This document shows, piece after piece, positions 15,721 to 24,057 of a stretch of DNA of 32,000 nt (position 1 is the stretch's first letter; each line of letters starts with the position of its first letter). Origin of the DNA: Paracoccus suum (GTDB taxonomy: Bacteria > Pseudomonadota > Alphaproteobacteria > Rhodobacterales > Rhodobacteraceae); contig NZ_CP030918.1 of the NCBI RefSeq assembly GCF_003324675.1, positions 2,280,001 to 2,312,000 of the forward strand, read 5' to 3'. Made by a program: the position numbers and the translations under genes. Under the pieces are notes generated by a model. The model was not told the origin of the DNA and did no database searches. It saw only the letters and a program-made list of their open reading frames with translations.

Positions 15721-17070
15721 TCAGGCTGCAGGACGCAGGAACTGGCCATCGCCCGCCTGGTTGCGGATCGCCTTGCCGTCCCAGACAAGCTTGCCGCGGC
15801 TGTAGGTCGCGGCGACGCGCACGCTGAACTCGCGTCCCTCAAAGGAACTCCACTGCACGGCGGCCTGGCTGTTCGACGGATCGTGGATGAAGCGGCCCGG
15901 CTCCAGCACGACGATGTCGGCGTCAGCGCCGGGCGCGAGGCGGCCCTTGTCCGCTAGGAGGAAGGATCGCGCCGGACCACTGCACATCTGCCGGGTGACC
16001 ATGCTGGGCGAGATCCCGTGCTCTTCACAGCCGGTCCAGAAGGCGGGCAGCAAGGTTTCAAGGCCCGGGCCGCCGGACATGTTGTCAAAGAAGTTCTCGG
16101 CCTGCTTTGTCTCCAGACCCCAGGACACGTGGTCGGACGAGACGAAATCGCAATGCCCGGCAGCGATATGCGTCCACAGCGCCTCCATCTGGGCGCGTGG
16201 CCGGATCGGGGGATAGTGCTTTGTGCGGGCGCCAAAGCGGCGCACATGCTCTTCTTCGTTCAGCATCAGGTATTGCACGCAGGTCTCGATGCTGGCGCGG
16301 TGGCCGGCGCGCTTGTACATCTCGGCGATCTCGAACCCGCGCGAGGTCGAAACATGGACCGCGTGCGCCCGGGCGCCGGTCAAAGCGCCCAACTCGTAGA
16401 TGCGGGCGGTGGCCAGATCCTCGACCAGCGTGTTGTTCGCGCGGCCAAAGGCGTCCCAGCCGGTGTCGCCTGTCTCGATGGCGCGGGCGATGTTCTTGCG
16501 GCTCAGCTCCTGGTCCTGGTTGTGCACACCGCACATCAGGCCCGAGTGCTTCACCAGGCGAAAGGCCTCGGCCAACGTGTCATCGCCAATCCGGGGGAAG
16601 CGGGTCGGGTTTGCCTCGAAGGTCGAGAACTTGAAGGCGCAGGCCCCCGCCTCGACGAGACCGGGAATGGCGCCCAGCCCGTTTTCAGGGGCGATCGTGG
16701 CGTAGAGGGCGACATCGACATGTGCCTCGTCCTCGACGGTGGCGATCTTCTGGCGGAACAGGTCGGCATTGGTGATCGGCTCGGGCTGGTCATAGGGCAT
16801 GTCCACCATGACGGTGATGCCGCCGGCGGCCGCGGCGCGTGACGCGCGGCCGATGCCTTCGGTCCGGCCTGCGCTGTAGCAGTGCACCTGGCCATCGATG
16901 ACGCCGGGCATGATCCATGCCTGTCCCAGCTCGTGCCGCTCGGCCGCGGCGGGGGCGTGGCCGGTGCCGACCTGAATGCAGCGTCCATCACGCACGGCAA
17001 CATAGCCGTTCTCGATGATGCCGTCGTCCATCACGACGCGCCCGCTCAGAACCAGATCGAAATCGCCCAT
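15721..17070 (-). CDS. Cyclic amidohydrolase superfamily protein (allantoinase/dihydropyrimidinase/hydantoinase-like), 449 aa
   Basis: PGVIDGQVH...AAAGGITVMVDMP, AFKFS (carbamylated-Lys position), GVHNQD, HAVHVST and SSDHVSW align with the conserved blocks of cyclic amidohydrolases. Start at ATG 17070 with GGAAGG at -6. Confidence 0.85.
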   Translation of the reverse strand: MGDFDLVLSGRVVMDDGIIENGYVAVRDGRCIQVGTGHAPAAAERHELGQAWIMPGVIDGQVHCYSAGRTEGIGRASRAAAAGGITVMVDMPYDQPEPITNADLFRQKIATVEDEAHVDVALYATIAPENGLGAIPGLVEAGACAFKFSTFEANPTRFPRIGDDTLAEAFRLVKHSGLMCGVHNQDQELSRKNIARAIETGDTGWDAFGRANNTLVEDLATARIYELGALTGARAHAVHVSTSRGFEIAEMYKRAGHRASIETCVQYLMLNEEEHVRRFGARTKHYPPIRPRAQMEALWTHIAAGHCDFVSSDHVSWGLETKQAENFFDNMSGGPGLETLLPAFWTGCEEHGISPSMVTRQMCSGPARSFLLADKGRLAPGADADIVVLEPGRFIHDPSNSQAAVQWSSFEGREFSVRVAATYSRGKLVWDGKAIRNQAGDGQFLRPAA

Positions 17071-17115
17071 GGTACCTTCCCGTGTGAGTGCTGCGACAAC
17101 CATAGCGAGATCGCC

Positions 17116-17138
17116 CGAACTGGGGCATACCAAGTTCG
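17116..17138. promoter_or_regulatory. LysR-type box 2: CGAACT-N11-AGTTCG (T-N11-A core)
   Basis: Perfect 6-bp inverted arms seen in the divergent intergenic region, about 57 bp upstream of the amidohydrolase ATG. Confidence 0.4.
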
Positions 17139-17147
17139 CGTCCACCT

Positions 17148-17162
17148 ATAACGGGGTGTTAT
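17148..17162. promoter_or_regulatory. LysR-type box 1: ATAAC-GGGGT-GTTAT (T-N11-A core)
   Basis: Perfect 5-5-5 inverted repeat ending 4 nt before the LysR start codon. Typical position for an autoregulatory recognition site. Confidence 0.45.
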
Positions 17163-17165
17163 TCA

Positions 17166-18113
17166 ATGCTGATAAACCTGCGGCAGATTGAGGTGTTTCG
17201 CGCCATCATGACTACCGGCTCGATCTCGGGTGCCGCGCGTCTGCTGTCGGTTTCGCAGCCGGCCGTCAGCCGCATGCTGAGCTATACCGAGGATCGGCTG
17301 AAGCTGAAGCTGTTCGAGCGCGGCCGCGGCAGGGTGCAGCCGACGCTGGAGGCGCGAAAGCTGTTCGAGGAAGTCGAGCAGCTTCACCAATCGGTCAACC
17401 GAATCAACCTGATCGCCGAGGAATTGCGGTCCGGCAGCTCGGGCACGGTCCGCATTGCCGCCAGTCCCAGCCCGGCGCAGGGCTATGTCCCGGCCGCCAT
17501 TGCCTATTTTCGACAAAAGCACCCGCAACTACGCGTGGAGCTTGAGATCCTCTCGCTCATCGACCTGATCGACAAGGTCAGCGGCAACCGCGTGGACCTG
17601 GGCGTGTCGATCCTGTCGATCGACAACCCGACGTTGACGGTCGAAAAGCTGCACCAAGGTGAGTTGGCCGTCATCTTTCCCGCCGGGCACGAGCTGGAGG
17701 CGCTAAAGGCAGTCGGGCCTGAGGACCTCGTACCTTACGGGATCATCGGCTACGGACCCGATACGCCTTATGGCGCGATGGTGCGCCGGGCGCTCCGCTC
17801 CAGTGCCGACAAGGTGCGGTTCCACACCATCGTGCGTTTCACCGCCCAGGCTTGCGCTCTGGTCCATGCCGGGGCGGGGGTCGCGATCGTCGACAGATTC
17901 GCACTCAGCGGGAATGCCTGGCCGAATATCGTCGCACGTCGGTTGGTGCCGCGGGCGAGCTGCGATCTGCGCCTGATCTCGTCCGAACTACAGCCGATGT
18001 CGCATCCGACGCGGCTGTTCGTGCGCGCTCTGCGTGAGTATTCCCAACGCCAGACCGAGTTTGCGCTGCTGCCCGCGGCCAAGCCCGGACGCGGAAAGGC
18101 GAGCGCATCATAA
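17166..18113 (+). CDS. LysR-family transcriptional regulator
   Basis: N-terminal HTH LRQIEVFRAIMTTGSISGAARLLSVSQPAVSRMLSYTEDRLKLKLFER followed by a LysR substrate-binding domain. Divergent from the amidohydrolase operon. Confidence 0.9.
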   Translation: MLINLRQIEVFRAIMTTGSISGAARLLSVSQPAVSRMLSYTEDRLKLKLFERGRGRVQPTLEARKLFEEVEQLHQSVNRINLIAEELRSGSSGTVRIAASPSPAQGYVPAAIAYFRQKHPQLRVELEILSLIDLIDKVSGNRVDLGVSILSIDNPTLTVEKLHQGELAVIFPAGHELEALKAVGPEDLVPYGIIGYGPDTPYGAMVRRALRSSADKVRFHTIVRFTAQACALVHAGAGVAIVDRFALSGNAWPNIVARRLVPRASCDLRLISSELQPMSHPTRLFVRALREYSQRQTEFALLPAAKPGRGKASAS

Positions 18114-18243
18114 CATCGGGCTATGGATCAGAGACGAATCTTGATGCCTGTGCTGTCACACACCTTGCTAGGGTCCCTCTCGCCGGGGAGGCCCCGCGCC
18201 GCGCAGCAGCGCGAACCTCACACAAGTCTAGGAGCCTAGAGCC

Positions 18244-19119
18244 ATGATCCTGCGACGTATTTCGTCCCTCGCCGCTACGCTTGCGCTGGGAACGGCGCTT
18301 GCGGTAGGCAGCGGCCCGGCGCTGGCCCAGTCGGCCGACCACCCCGACGACCAGAAGCTGATGGTGGCCTTCGACGTCGGCTTCGCCCCCTTCGCCTTCA
18401 AGGAAGCAAATGGCCAGATCACCGGCTTTTCCTATGATTTCGCCGAGGCCATCGCCAAGCAGCTGGGCCGCCCGGGGATCGAAGTCGCAGACGTGAACTT
18501 CTCGTCGATCTTCGCCGGCCTCTTCTCGAAGCGCTACGAGATGGTGGCAGCGCCCGCCAACATCACCGAGGCGCGCGCGAAGGAAATGCTGTTCGCCGAA
18601 CCATACATGCCGACCGGCCTCGGAGTGCTGGTCAAGAAGGGCGGCAAGGTCGCGGGCCTCGAGGACCTGTCCGGCAAAATCGTCACCGTGAACAACGGAT
18701 CGACGGCCGACAAATGGGCCGGCGAGCACGAAAAGGAATACGGCTTTACCGTTCAGCGGTTCAACAAGAACGCCGATGGCGTTCAGGCCGTGATGATGGG
18801 CCGCGCCTTCGCCAACATCGCCGACGAGCCGGTGTCGCATTATGTCACGACCCAGACCCCGATGGCCGAAGTGCCCTTCGTGATCGACACCGGTAACGAT
18901 TTTGGCCTGACCTTCCGCAAGGACGACACCGAGTTCCGCAACCGTGTCGATGTCGCGATCGAGTGCCTCAAGAAGGACGGCACCCTGGCCGCGATCTACA
19001 AGAAGTGGTTCGGTACCGAGCCCGAGCAAGGCAAGTCCGTCACCACGATCTACCCCGGCTATGGCGCGCCCAATTTCGACGGCTATGACGCGACCGAGCA
19101 CGAGCCGGAGTGCAAATGA
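18244..19119 (+). CDS. Polar amino acid ABC transporter substrate-binding protein (SBP family 3)
   Basis: Sec signal [30 protein letters not shown]. Contains [37 protein letters not shown], typical of the His/Gln/Arg-binding protein fold. Confidence 0.88.
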   Translation: MILRRISSLAATLALGTALAVGSGPALAQSADHPDDQKLMVAFDVGFAPFAFKEANGQITGFSYDFAEAIAKQLGRPGIEVADVNFSSIFAGLFSKRYEMVAAPANITEARAKEMLFAEPYMPTGLGVLVKKGGKVAGLEDLSGKIVTVNNGSTADKWAGEHEKEYGFTVQRFNKNADGVQAVMMGRAFANIADEPVSHYVTTQTPMAEVPFVIDTGNDFGLTFRKDDTEFRNRVDVAIECLKKDGTLAAIYKKWFGTEPEQGKSVTTIYPGYGAPNFDGYDATEHEPECK

Positions 19120-19883
19120 CCGAGACGCGGCCCGAAACCTCGCATGACGGCAACCCTGTTGTCGTCATCGAGAACCTGCACAAGAGTTATGGCGCGGTCG
19201 AGGTCCTGAAAGGCATCGACCTCAAGGTGAACGCGGGCGAGGCAGTGGTCATCGTCGGCTCGTCCGGTTCGGGCAAGAGCACCTGCCTGCGCTGCATCAA
19301 CCGCCTTGAGGAGCCGACGTCGGGTCGCATTGCGGTCGGCGGTCACGAGGTGACGGGTAAGGGGGTGGACCTGAACGCTCTCCGGCGGCGGATCGGCATG
19401 GTGTTCCAGGGCATCGATCTCTACCCGCACCTGACCGCCAAGCAGAACGTGACGCTTGCCCTGCGCAAGGTCGCCGGTCTGTCGAGGGCCGAGGCGGACG
19501 CAAAGGCCCTCCACCACCTCGACGTGGTGGGACTGTCCGAGCGGGCGAACTATTACCCCTCGCAACTCTCGGGCGGGCAGCAGCAGCGGGTGGGCATCGC
19601 CCGCTCGCTGGCGCTCGAGCCGCAGGTGATGCTGTTCGACGAGCCGACCTCGGCCCTCGATCCCGAGCTGGTGGGCGAGGTTCTGAGTGTCATGGACAAG
19701 ACCCGCAAGCTGGGGATGACGATGATCGTCGTCACACACGAGATGCAGTTCGCGCGCGAGGTTGCCGACCGGGTGGTGTTCATGGACCAGGGCGTCGTGC
19801 TGGACAGCGGCACGCCCGAGGAGATCTTGGTCACGCCCCGTCACCAGCGGATCCGCGATTTCGTCAGCCGGCTGCGGGCCTGA
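19116..19883 (+). CDS. Polar amino acid ABC transporter ATP-binding protein (GlnQ/HisP-like)
   Basis: Walker [10 protein letters not shown], signature LSGGQQQRV, Walker [19 protein letters not shown]. Start at ATG 19116, an ATGA overlap with the SBP stop. Confidence 0.9.
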   Translation: MTETRPETSHDGNPVVVIENLHKSYGAVEVLKGIDLKVNAGEAVVIVGSSGSGKSTCLRCINRLEEPTSGRIAVGGHEVTGKGVDLNALRRRIGMVFQGIDLYPHLTAKQNVTLALRKVAGLSRAEADAKALHHLDVVGLSERANYYPSQLSGGQQQRVGIARSLALEPQVMLFDEPTSALDPELVGEVLSVMDKTRKLGMTMIVVTHEMQFAREVADRVVFMDQGVVLDSGTPEEILVTPRHQRIRDFVSRLRA

Positions 19884-19887
19884 GTTT

Positions 19888-20565
19888 ATGGAACAACTCG
19901 GCCAGTACTTCTTCAATTTCGGTCGTCTGGCGGGCTATTGGCCCGATATCTGGGCCGGCTTTTTCGTCACGCTGCAGATGTCCGTCCTGACGGTGCTGCT
20001 GGGGATACCGCTGGGCCTCGGCCTCGCCATCCTGCGGCTCTACCAGGTTCGGCCCGTTAGCCTGCTGATTGTCTTTTTCGTCGATTTCTTCCGCGCGATT
20101 CCGCAGCTGGTGCTGGTCGTGCTGTTCTTCTTTGCGCTGCCGGTGACGGGCCTTGTCCTCAGCCCGTTCCTTGCGACGGTGACGGCATTGGCGCTGATCC
20201 TGGCGGCCTTTGCCGAGGAAATCTTCTGGGGCGGGTTCCTGTCCGTGCCCAAGGGCCAGTGGGAGGCGGGCCGTTCGACCGGCCTCGGCTTCAACCAGAC
20301 GCTGTTCAGCGTGATCCTGCCGCAGGTCGTGCGCATGACGATCCCGCCACTGACCAACCGCGCGATCGGCATCTCCAAGGGCACGACGCTCGGTTCGGTC
20401 ATCGCGGTGCCCGAACTGCTGAACGTCACATCCTCCATCCAGTCCAACATCGCCAATCCCACGGCACTGACCATCGGGGCGGTTTTGTTCCTGCTGATCT
20501 TCCTGCCATTCGTCCGCTTCACCCGCTGGCTAGAGCGCGTGTTCAAGGGACCGGTGCACGCATGA
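19888..20565 (+). CDS. Polar amino acid ABC transporter permease (HisM/GlnP-like)
   Basis: Hydrophobic protein with the EAA-type loop GQWEAGRSTGLGFNQTLFSVILPQVVRMTIPPLTN. ATG at 19888, 5 nt after the ATPase stop. Confidence 0.85.
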   Translation: MEQLGQYFFNFGRLAGYWPDIWAGFFVTLQMSVLTVLLGIPLGLGLAILRLYQVRPVSLLIVFFVDFFRAIPQLVLVVLFFFALPVTGLVLSPFLATVTALALILAAFAEEIFWGGFLSVPKGQWEAGRSTGLGFNQTLFSVILPQVVRMTIPPLTNRAIGISKGTTLGSVIAVPELLNVTSSIQSNIANPTALTIGAVLFLLIFLPFVRFTRWLERVFKGPVHA

Positions 20566-21236
20566 ACGAAATCATCCTCAACTTCTTCAACCTGGAAATC
20601 CTGCGCGAGGTCGCGCCCCTTCTGGTCCAGGGCTTCTGGATGACGCTGAAACTCAGCGTCGTTTCGATTCCCTTGGCCGCGGCGCTGGGCCTTGCATTGG
20701 CGATCACCCAGGGCGCGAGTGGCCGGATCGGGCGCACGCTGGTCATCGCCTATGTGGATGTGTTCCGCTCGATCCCCCCACTGGTCCTGCTGATTTTCAT
20801 CTTCTACGCGCTGCCGTTCCTCGGTCTGCGGCTGACCGAGTTTCCGGCGGCGATCCTCGCGCTCGTCCTGAACGGGGCCAGCTACTTTGCGGAAATCTTT
20901 CGCGCCGGGCTCGAGTCCGTTCCCAAAGGCCAGCATGAGGCTGCACGATCAACCGGCCTCGGGTGGCGGCAGAGCATGCAATACGTCATCATCCCGCAGG
21001 GCACGCGCAACGTGATGCCGGACCTCGTCAGCAACACGCTGGAGCTGGCCAAGCAGACGTCCATCGCATCGGCTGTCGCGCTGCAAGAGTTGTTGCGCTC
21101 GGCCCAGCTGGCGCAGGGCATGACCTACAACGCGACGCCGCTGATTGCCGCGGCCGTAGTCTATTTCCTGCTCTTCTGGCCATTCGTCCGGCTGGTCTCA
21201 CGCCTGCACCAGACATCGGGGTCGGGTGCCGGATGA
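20562..21236 (+). CDS. Polar amino acid ABC transporter permease (second subunit)
   Basis: EAA loop GQHEAARSTGLGWRQSMQYVIIPQGTRNVMPDLVSN. ATGA overlap with the preceding permease. Confidence 0.85.
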   Translation: MNEIILNFFNLEILREVAPLLVQGFWMTLKLSVVSIPLAAALGLALAITQGASGRIGRTLVIAYVDVFRSIPPLVLLIFIFYALPFLGLRLTEFPAAILALVLNGASYFAEIFRAGLESVPKGQHEAARSTGLGWRQSMQYVIIPQGTRNVMPDLVSNTLELAKQTSIASAVALQELLRSAQLAQGMTYNATPLIAAAVVYFLLFWPFVRLVSRLHQTSGSGAG

Positions 21237-21279
21237 GCGTCGGGCGAGGTCGTGCCACGATGCGACTTCGCGTCCGGAC

Positions 21280-21293
21280 TATCAAATTTGATA
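21280..21293. promoter_or_regulatory. 14-bp perfect AT-rich palindrome TATCAAATTTGATA in the intergenic region upstream of the peptide-type ABC operon
   Basis: Seen directly. It stands out in otherwise GC-rich DNA, about 170 bp upstream of the SBP start. Candidate operator with an unknown binding protein. Confidence 0.3.
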
Positions 21294-21385
21294 TGTGGGG
21301 GAGTGGGGTATTCGGCGCTCTCGGCGGACATCCGCGGCGCAGGCGCAAATCGCTGCAAAAAAGCGATCAGCCGGCGCGGGCGCAG

Positions 21386-21415
21386 TTGGCCTTTAACTCA
21401 ATGCGTGTGTAGCAT
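21386..21415 (+). promoter_or_regulatory. Possible promoter of the peptide-type ABC operon (TTGGCC-18 nt-TAGCAT)
   Basis: Hexamers read from the sequence about 45 nt upstream of the ATG at 21461. The match to consensus is weak. Confidence 0.2.
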
Positions 21416-21460
21416 CAGTTAACTTAACGTAACGGAAGCGTCGTGGCAGGGGAGGGCACC

Positions 21461-23041
21461 ATGTTTCAGGGATCCAGAAAGTGGCTTGCGAGCCTTGTTC
21501 TAGGGGCGACACTGGCCTTGCCGGCGGGGGCGCAGGCACCGGCGACACCGACGCCGGGCGGCACATTGAACATGATCGCGCAGCCCGAGCCACCGATGTT
21601 GATGGTCGGCCTCAACACCCAGGGGCCGACGCTTTACGTCGGCGGGCAGATCTACGAAAGCCTGCTGACCTACGGCACCGACCTGAAACCACTGCCCAGC
21701 CTCGCGAAAAGCTGGGAGGTCTCGGACGACGGGCTGACCTACACCTTCCATCTGCAGGAGGGGGTCAAGTGGCATGACGGCCAGCCCTTCAGCGCGGACG
21801 ATGTCGTATTCACCGGCGAATCCTTCCTGACCGAGGCGCATCCGCGTTGGCGCCTGATCCATTCGACCTATGTCGAAAGCGTCACCGCGCCCGATCCGAA
21901 CACGGTCGTCTTCAAGCTCAAGACGCCGTTCTCGGCCTTCATCAATGCGTTCGAGCTGAGTTCATTCCCGATCATCCCCAAGCACCTCTATGAGGGGACC
22001 GATTATCGCACTAACCCGGCGAACCAGACCCCCGTCGGGACCGGACCGTTCAAGCTGCAGGAATGGAAGCGCGGCTCGTATATCCACCTGGTGAAGAACC
22101 CTGAATACTGGAAGAAGGATCGCCCTTATCTGGACGAGCTTTACTTCCGCATTATTCCCGACGCCGCATCGCGTGCGGTCGCGTTCGAGCAGGGGACGGT
22201 CGACGTCCTTCGCGGCGGCGATGTCGAGGGTTTCGAGGTGCAGCGCCTCGCCGAACTGCCGGGCGTTCAGTCCACCACCGCGGGCTGGGAGTACTACTCG
22301 CCGCTGGCCTTCATGCCGATGGACCTGCGCAAGCCGCCGTTCGACAACAAGCTGGTGCGCCAGGCGGTGATGCACGCCATCGACCGCGACTTCATCGCCC
22401 AGTCGATCATGTTCGGCCAGGCGAAGGCCGCCACCGGCCCGATCGCCTCGACGACCAAGTACTACACCGCCGACACGCCGACCTATCCCTTTGACATCGA
22501 GAAGGCCATGGCGCTGATCAAGGAATCGGGCGTCGATCTGAAGGCCAACCCGATCGAGATCATGCCCTTGCCTTACGGCCCCCAGTGGGAGCGTCTGGTC
22601 GAATATGTCCGCCAGCAGCTGGATCAGGTCGGCTTCGCGACGACCATCAAGGCGGTGGACGCGGGCGGCTGGTCGCAGGCCATGTCCGACCTCGATTTCA
22701 ACATGTCGGTCAACTTCACCTACCAGTATGGTGATCCGGCGCTGGGCGTTGCGCGGCACTATCTGTCGAACAACATCATCAAGGGCACGCCCTACGGCAA
22801 CAACGGCGGCTATGTGAATCCAAAGGTGGACGAGTTGTTCGCCAAGGCCGCGCAGGCGACCGACGAGGCGACGGCCGCCGCGGCCTATACCGAGGTCCAA
22901 AAGATCCTGGTCGACGACGTGCCGGTGATCTGGCTGTTCGAGTTGCAGAACACCACGCTGATGCACGACAAGGTCCACGACCTGGTCCGCACGGGCATCG
23001 GCCTAAACGAGGTGATGGACGAAGCCTGGATCTCGAAATAA
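21461..23041 (+). CDS. ABC transporter substrate-binding protein, family 5 (peptide/nickel/opine type, DppA/OppA-like)
   Basis: Sec signal MFQGSRKWLASLVLGATLALPAGAQA. Family blocks LAKSWEVSDDGLTYTFHLQEGVKWHDGQPFSADDVVF and GTGPFKLQEWKRGSYIHLVKNPEYW. RBS GGGGAGGG before ATG 21461. Confidence 0.88.
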   Translation: MFQGSRKWLASLVLGATLALPAGAQAPATPTPGGTLNMIAQPEPPMLMVGLNTQGPTLYVGGQIYESLLTYGTDLKPLPSLAKSWEVSDDGLTYTFHLQEGVKWHDGQPFSADDVVFTGESFLTEAHPRWRLIHSTYVESVTAPDPNTVVFKLKTPFSAFINAFELSSFPIIPKHLYEGTDYRTNPANQTPVGTGPFKLQEWKRGSYIHLVKNPEYWKKDRPYLDELYFRIIPDAASRAVAFEQGTVDVLRGGDVEGFEVQRLAELPGVQSTTAGWEYYSPLAFMPMDLRKPPFDNKLVRQAVMHAIDRDFIAQSIMFGQAKAATGPIASTTKYYTADTPTYPFDIEKAMALIKESGVDLKANPIEIMPLPYGPQWERLVEYVRQQLDQVGFATTIKAVDAGGWSQAMSDLDFNMSVNFTYQYGDPALGVARHYLSNNIIKGTPYGNNGGYVNPKVDELFAKAAQATDEATAAAAYTEVQKILVDDVPVIWLFELQNTTLMHDKVHDLVRTGIGLNEVMDEAWISK

Positions 23042-23059
23042 CGGGACGGCGCCAGACCG

Positions 23060-24037
23060 ATGGACACCGTCCGCTTCATCCTCGTGCGCCTCGCCAAGGC
23101 AGTCCTCGTGATCCTTGGCGTGGCGGTCATGAACTTTGTCCTCATCCATCTGGCGCCGGGTGATCCGGCGGCGGTCATGGCGGGCGAGGCTGGCGCTGGG
23201 GACGAAAAGTTCATCGCTCAGCTTCGGGCGCAGTTTGGCCTCGACCAGCCCCTGCCGGTGCAGCTCTGGACCTATATCTCCGGTATCCTGCGTGGCGATC
23301 TGGGATACTCCTATCGTAACCAGGTTCCGGTGGCAGAACTGATTGCCAGCCGGCTGCCGGCGACCCTGCTGCTGACCGGATGCGCCTTTGTCGTATCGCT
23401 GGTCATCGGTGTCGGCGCGGGCGTTCTGGCCGCGTGGCGGCGCGGCAAGCTGACCGATACTGCGATTATGACCGGCGCCCTGGTCTTTTACGCCACGCCT
23501 CTTTTCTGGGTCGGGCTGATGGCAGTGCTGCTGTTCTCGATCCGACTCGGCTGGCTGCCGGCCTTCGATATGGAGACGGTGGGCGCGGGCTTTACCGGCT
23601 GGGCGCGGGTCAAGGACATTGCCGCGCATCTGGTGCTGCCGGTGCTGACGTTGGGCCTCTTCTCGGCGGCGGTCTATGCGCGCCTGACCCGGGCCTCGAT
23701 GCTGGAGGTCATGAGCCTCGATTTCGTTAAGACCGCGCGCGCCAAGGGCGTGCCGCAGGCGCGCATTATTCGCCGACATGTCCTGCGCAATGCCATGCTG
23801 CCGATCTTTACCTTTGCCTCGCTTCAGGCCGGGCAACTGGTCGGCGGCGCGGTACTCACCGAGACGGTGTTCGGCTGGCCAGGCATCGGCCGGCTGATGT
23901 TCGACGCGCTGCTGCAGCGGGACTACCCGGTGCTGCTGGGGGTGTTCCTGACAACGGCGGTGGTGGTGGTGGTCGTGAACCTGATCACCGACCTTCTGTA
24001 CCGCGTCGTCGATCCCCGTATCGGCGCCACGGCCTGA
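23060..24037 (+). CDS. ABC transporter permease (DppB/OppB-like)
   Basis: N-terminus FILVRLAKAVLVILGVAVMNFVLIHLAPGDP and EAA-region DFVKTARAKGVPQARIIRRHVLRNAMLP are typical of DppB-type permeases. Confidence 0.88.
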   Translation: MDTVRFILVRLAKAVLVILGVAVMNFVLIHLAPGDPAAVMAGEAGAGDEKFIAQLRAQFGLDQPLPVQLWTYISGILRGDLGYSYRNQVPVAELIASRLPATLLLTGCAFVVSLVIGVGAGVLAAWRRGKLTDTAIMTGALVFYATPLFWVGLMAVLLFSIRLGWLPAFDMETVGAGFTGWARVKDIAAHLVLPVLTLGLFSAAVYARLTRASMLEVMSLDFVKTARAKGVPQARIIRRHVLRNAMLPIFTFASLQAGQLVGGAVLTETVFGWPGIGRLMFDALLQRDYPVLLGVFLTTAVVVVVVNLITDLLYRVVDPRIGATA

Positions 24038-24057
24038 TCCGCAAGAAGGAGGCGCGC

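Noticed and set aside
18121-19101. 326-aa minus-strand ORF antisense to the amino-acid SBP gene. Similar minus-strand ORFs are 19083-19916, 20040-20936, 21962-22978, 23003-23836, 23923-24873, 24738-25799, 26456-27265, 27501-28292, 28485-29444, 29948-30820 and 31484-31972.
   Set aside because: All are mirror-frame shadow ORFs of well-supported plus-strand genes. Their composition is dominated by R/G/A/D/H/P, and they lack RBSs and family motifs.
23959-23973. (GGT)5 trinucleotide repeat
   Set aside because: It lies in frame inside the DppB-like permease, encoding a VVVVV stretch of a transmembrane helix. It is too short to argue for phase variation.
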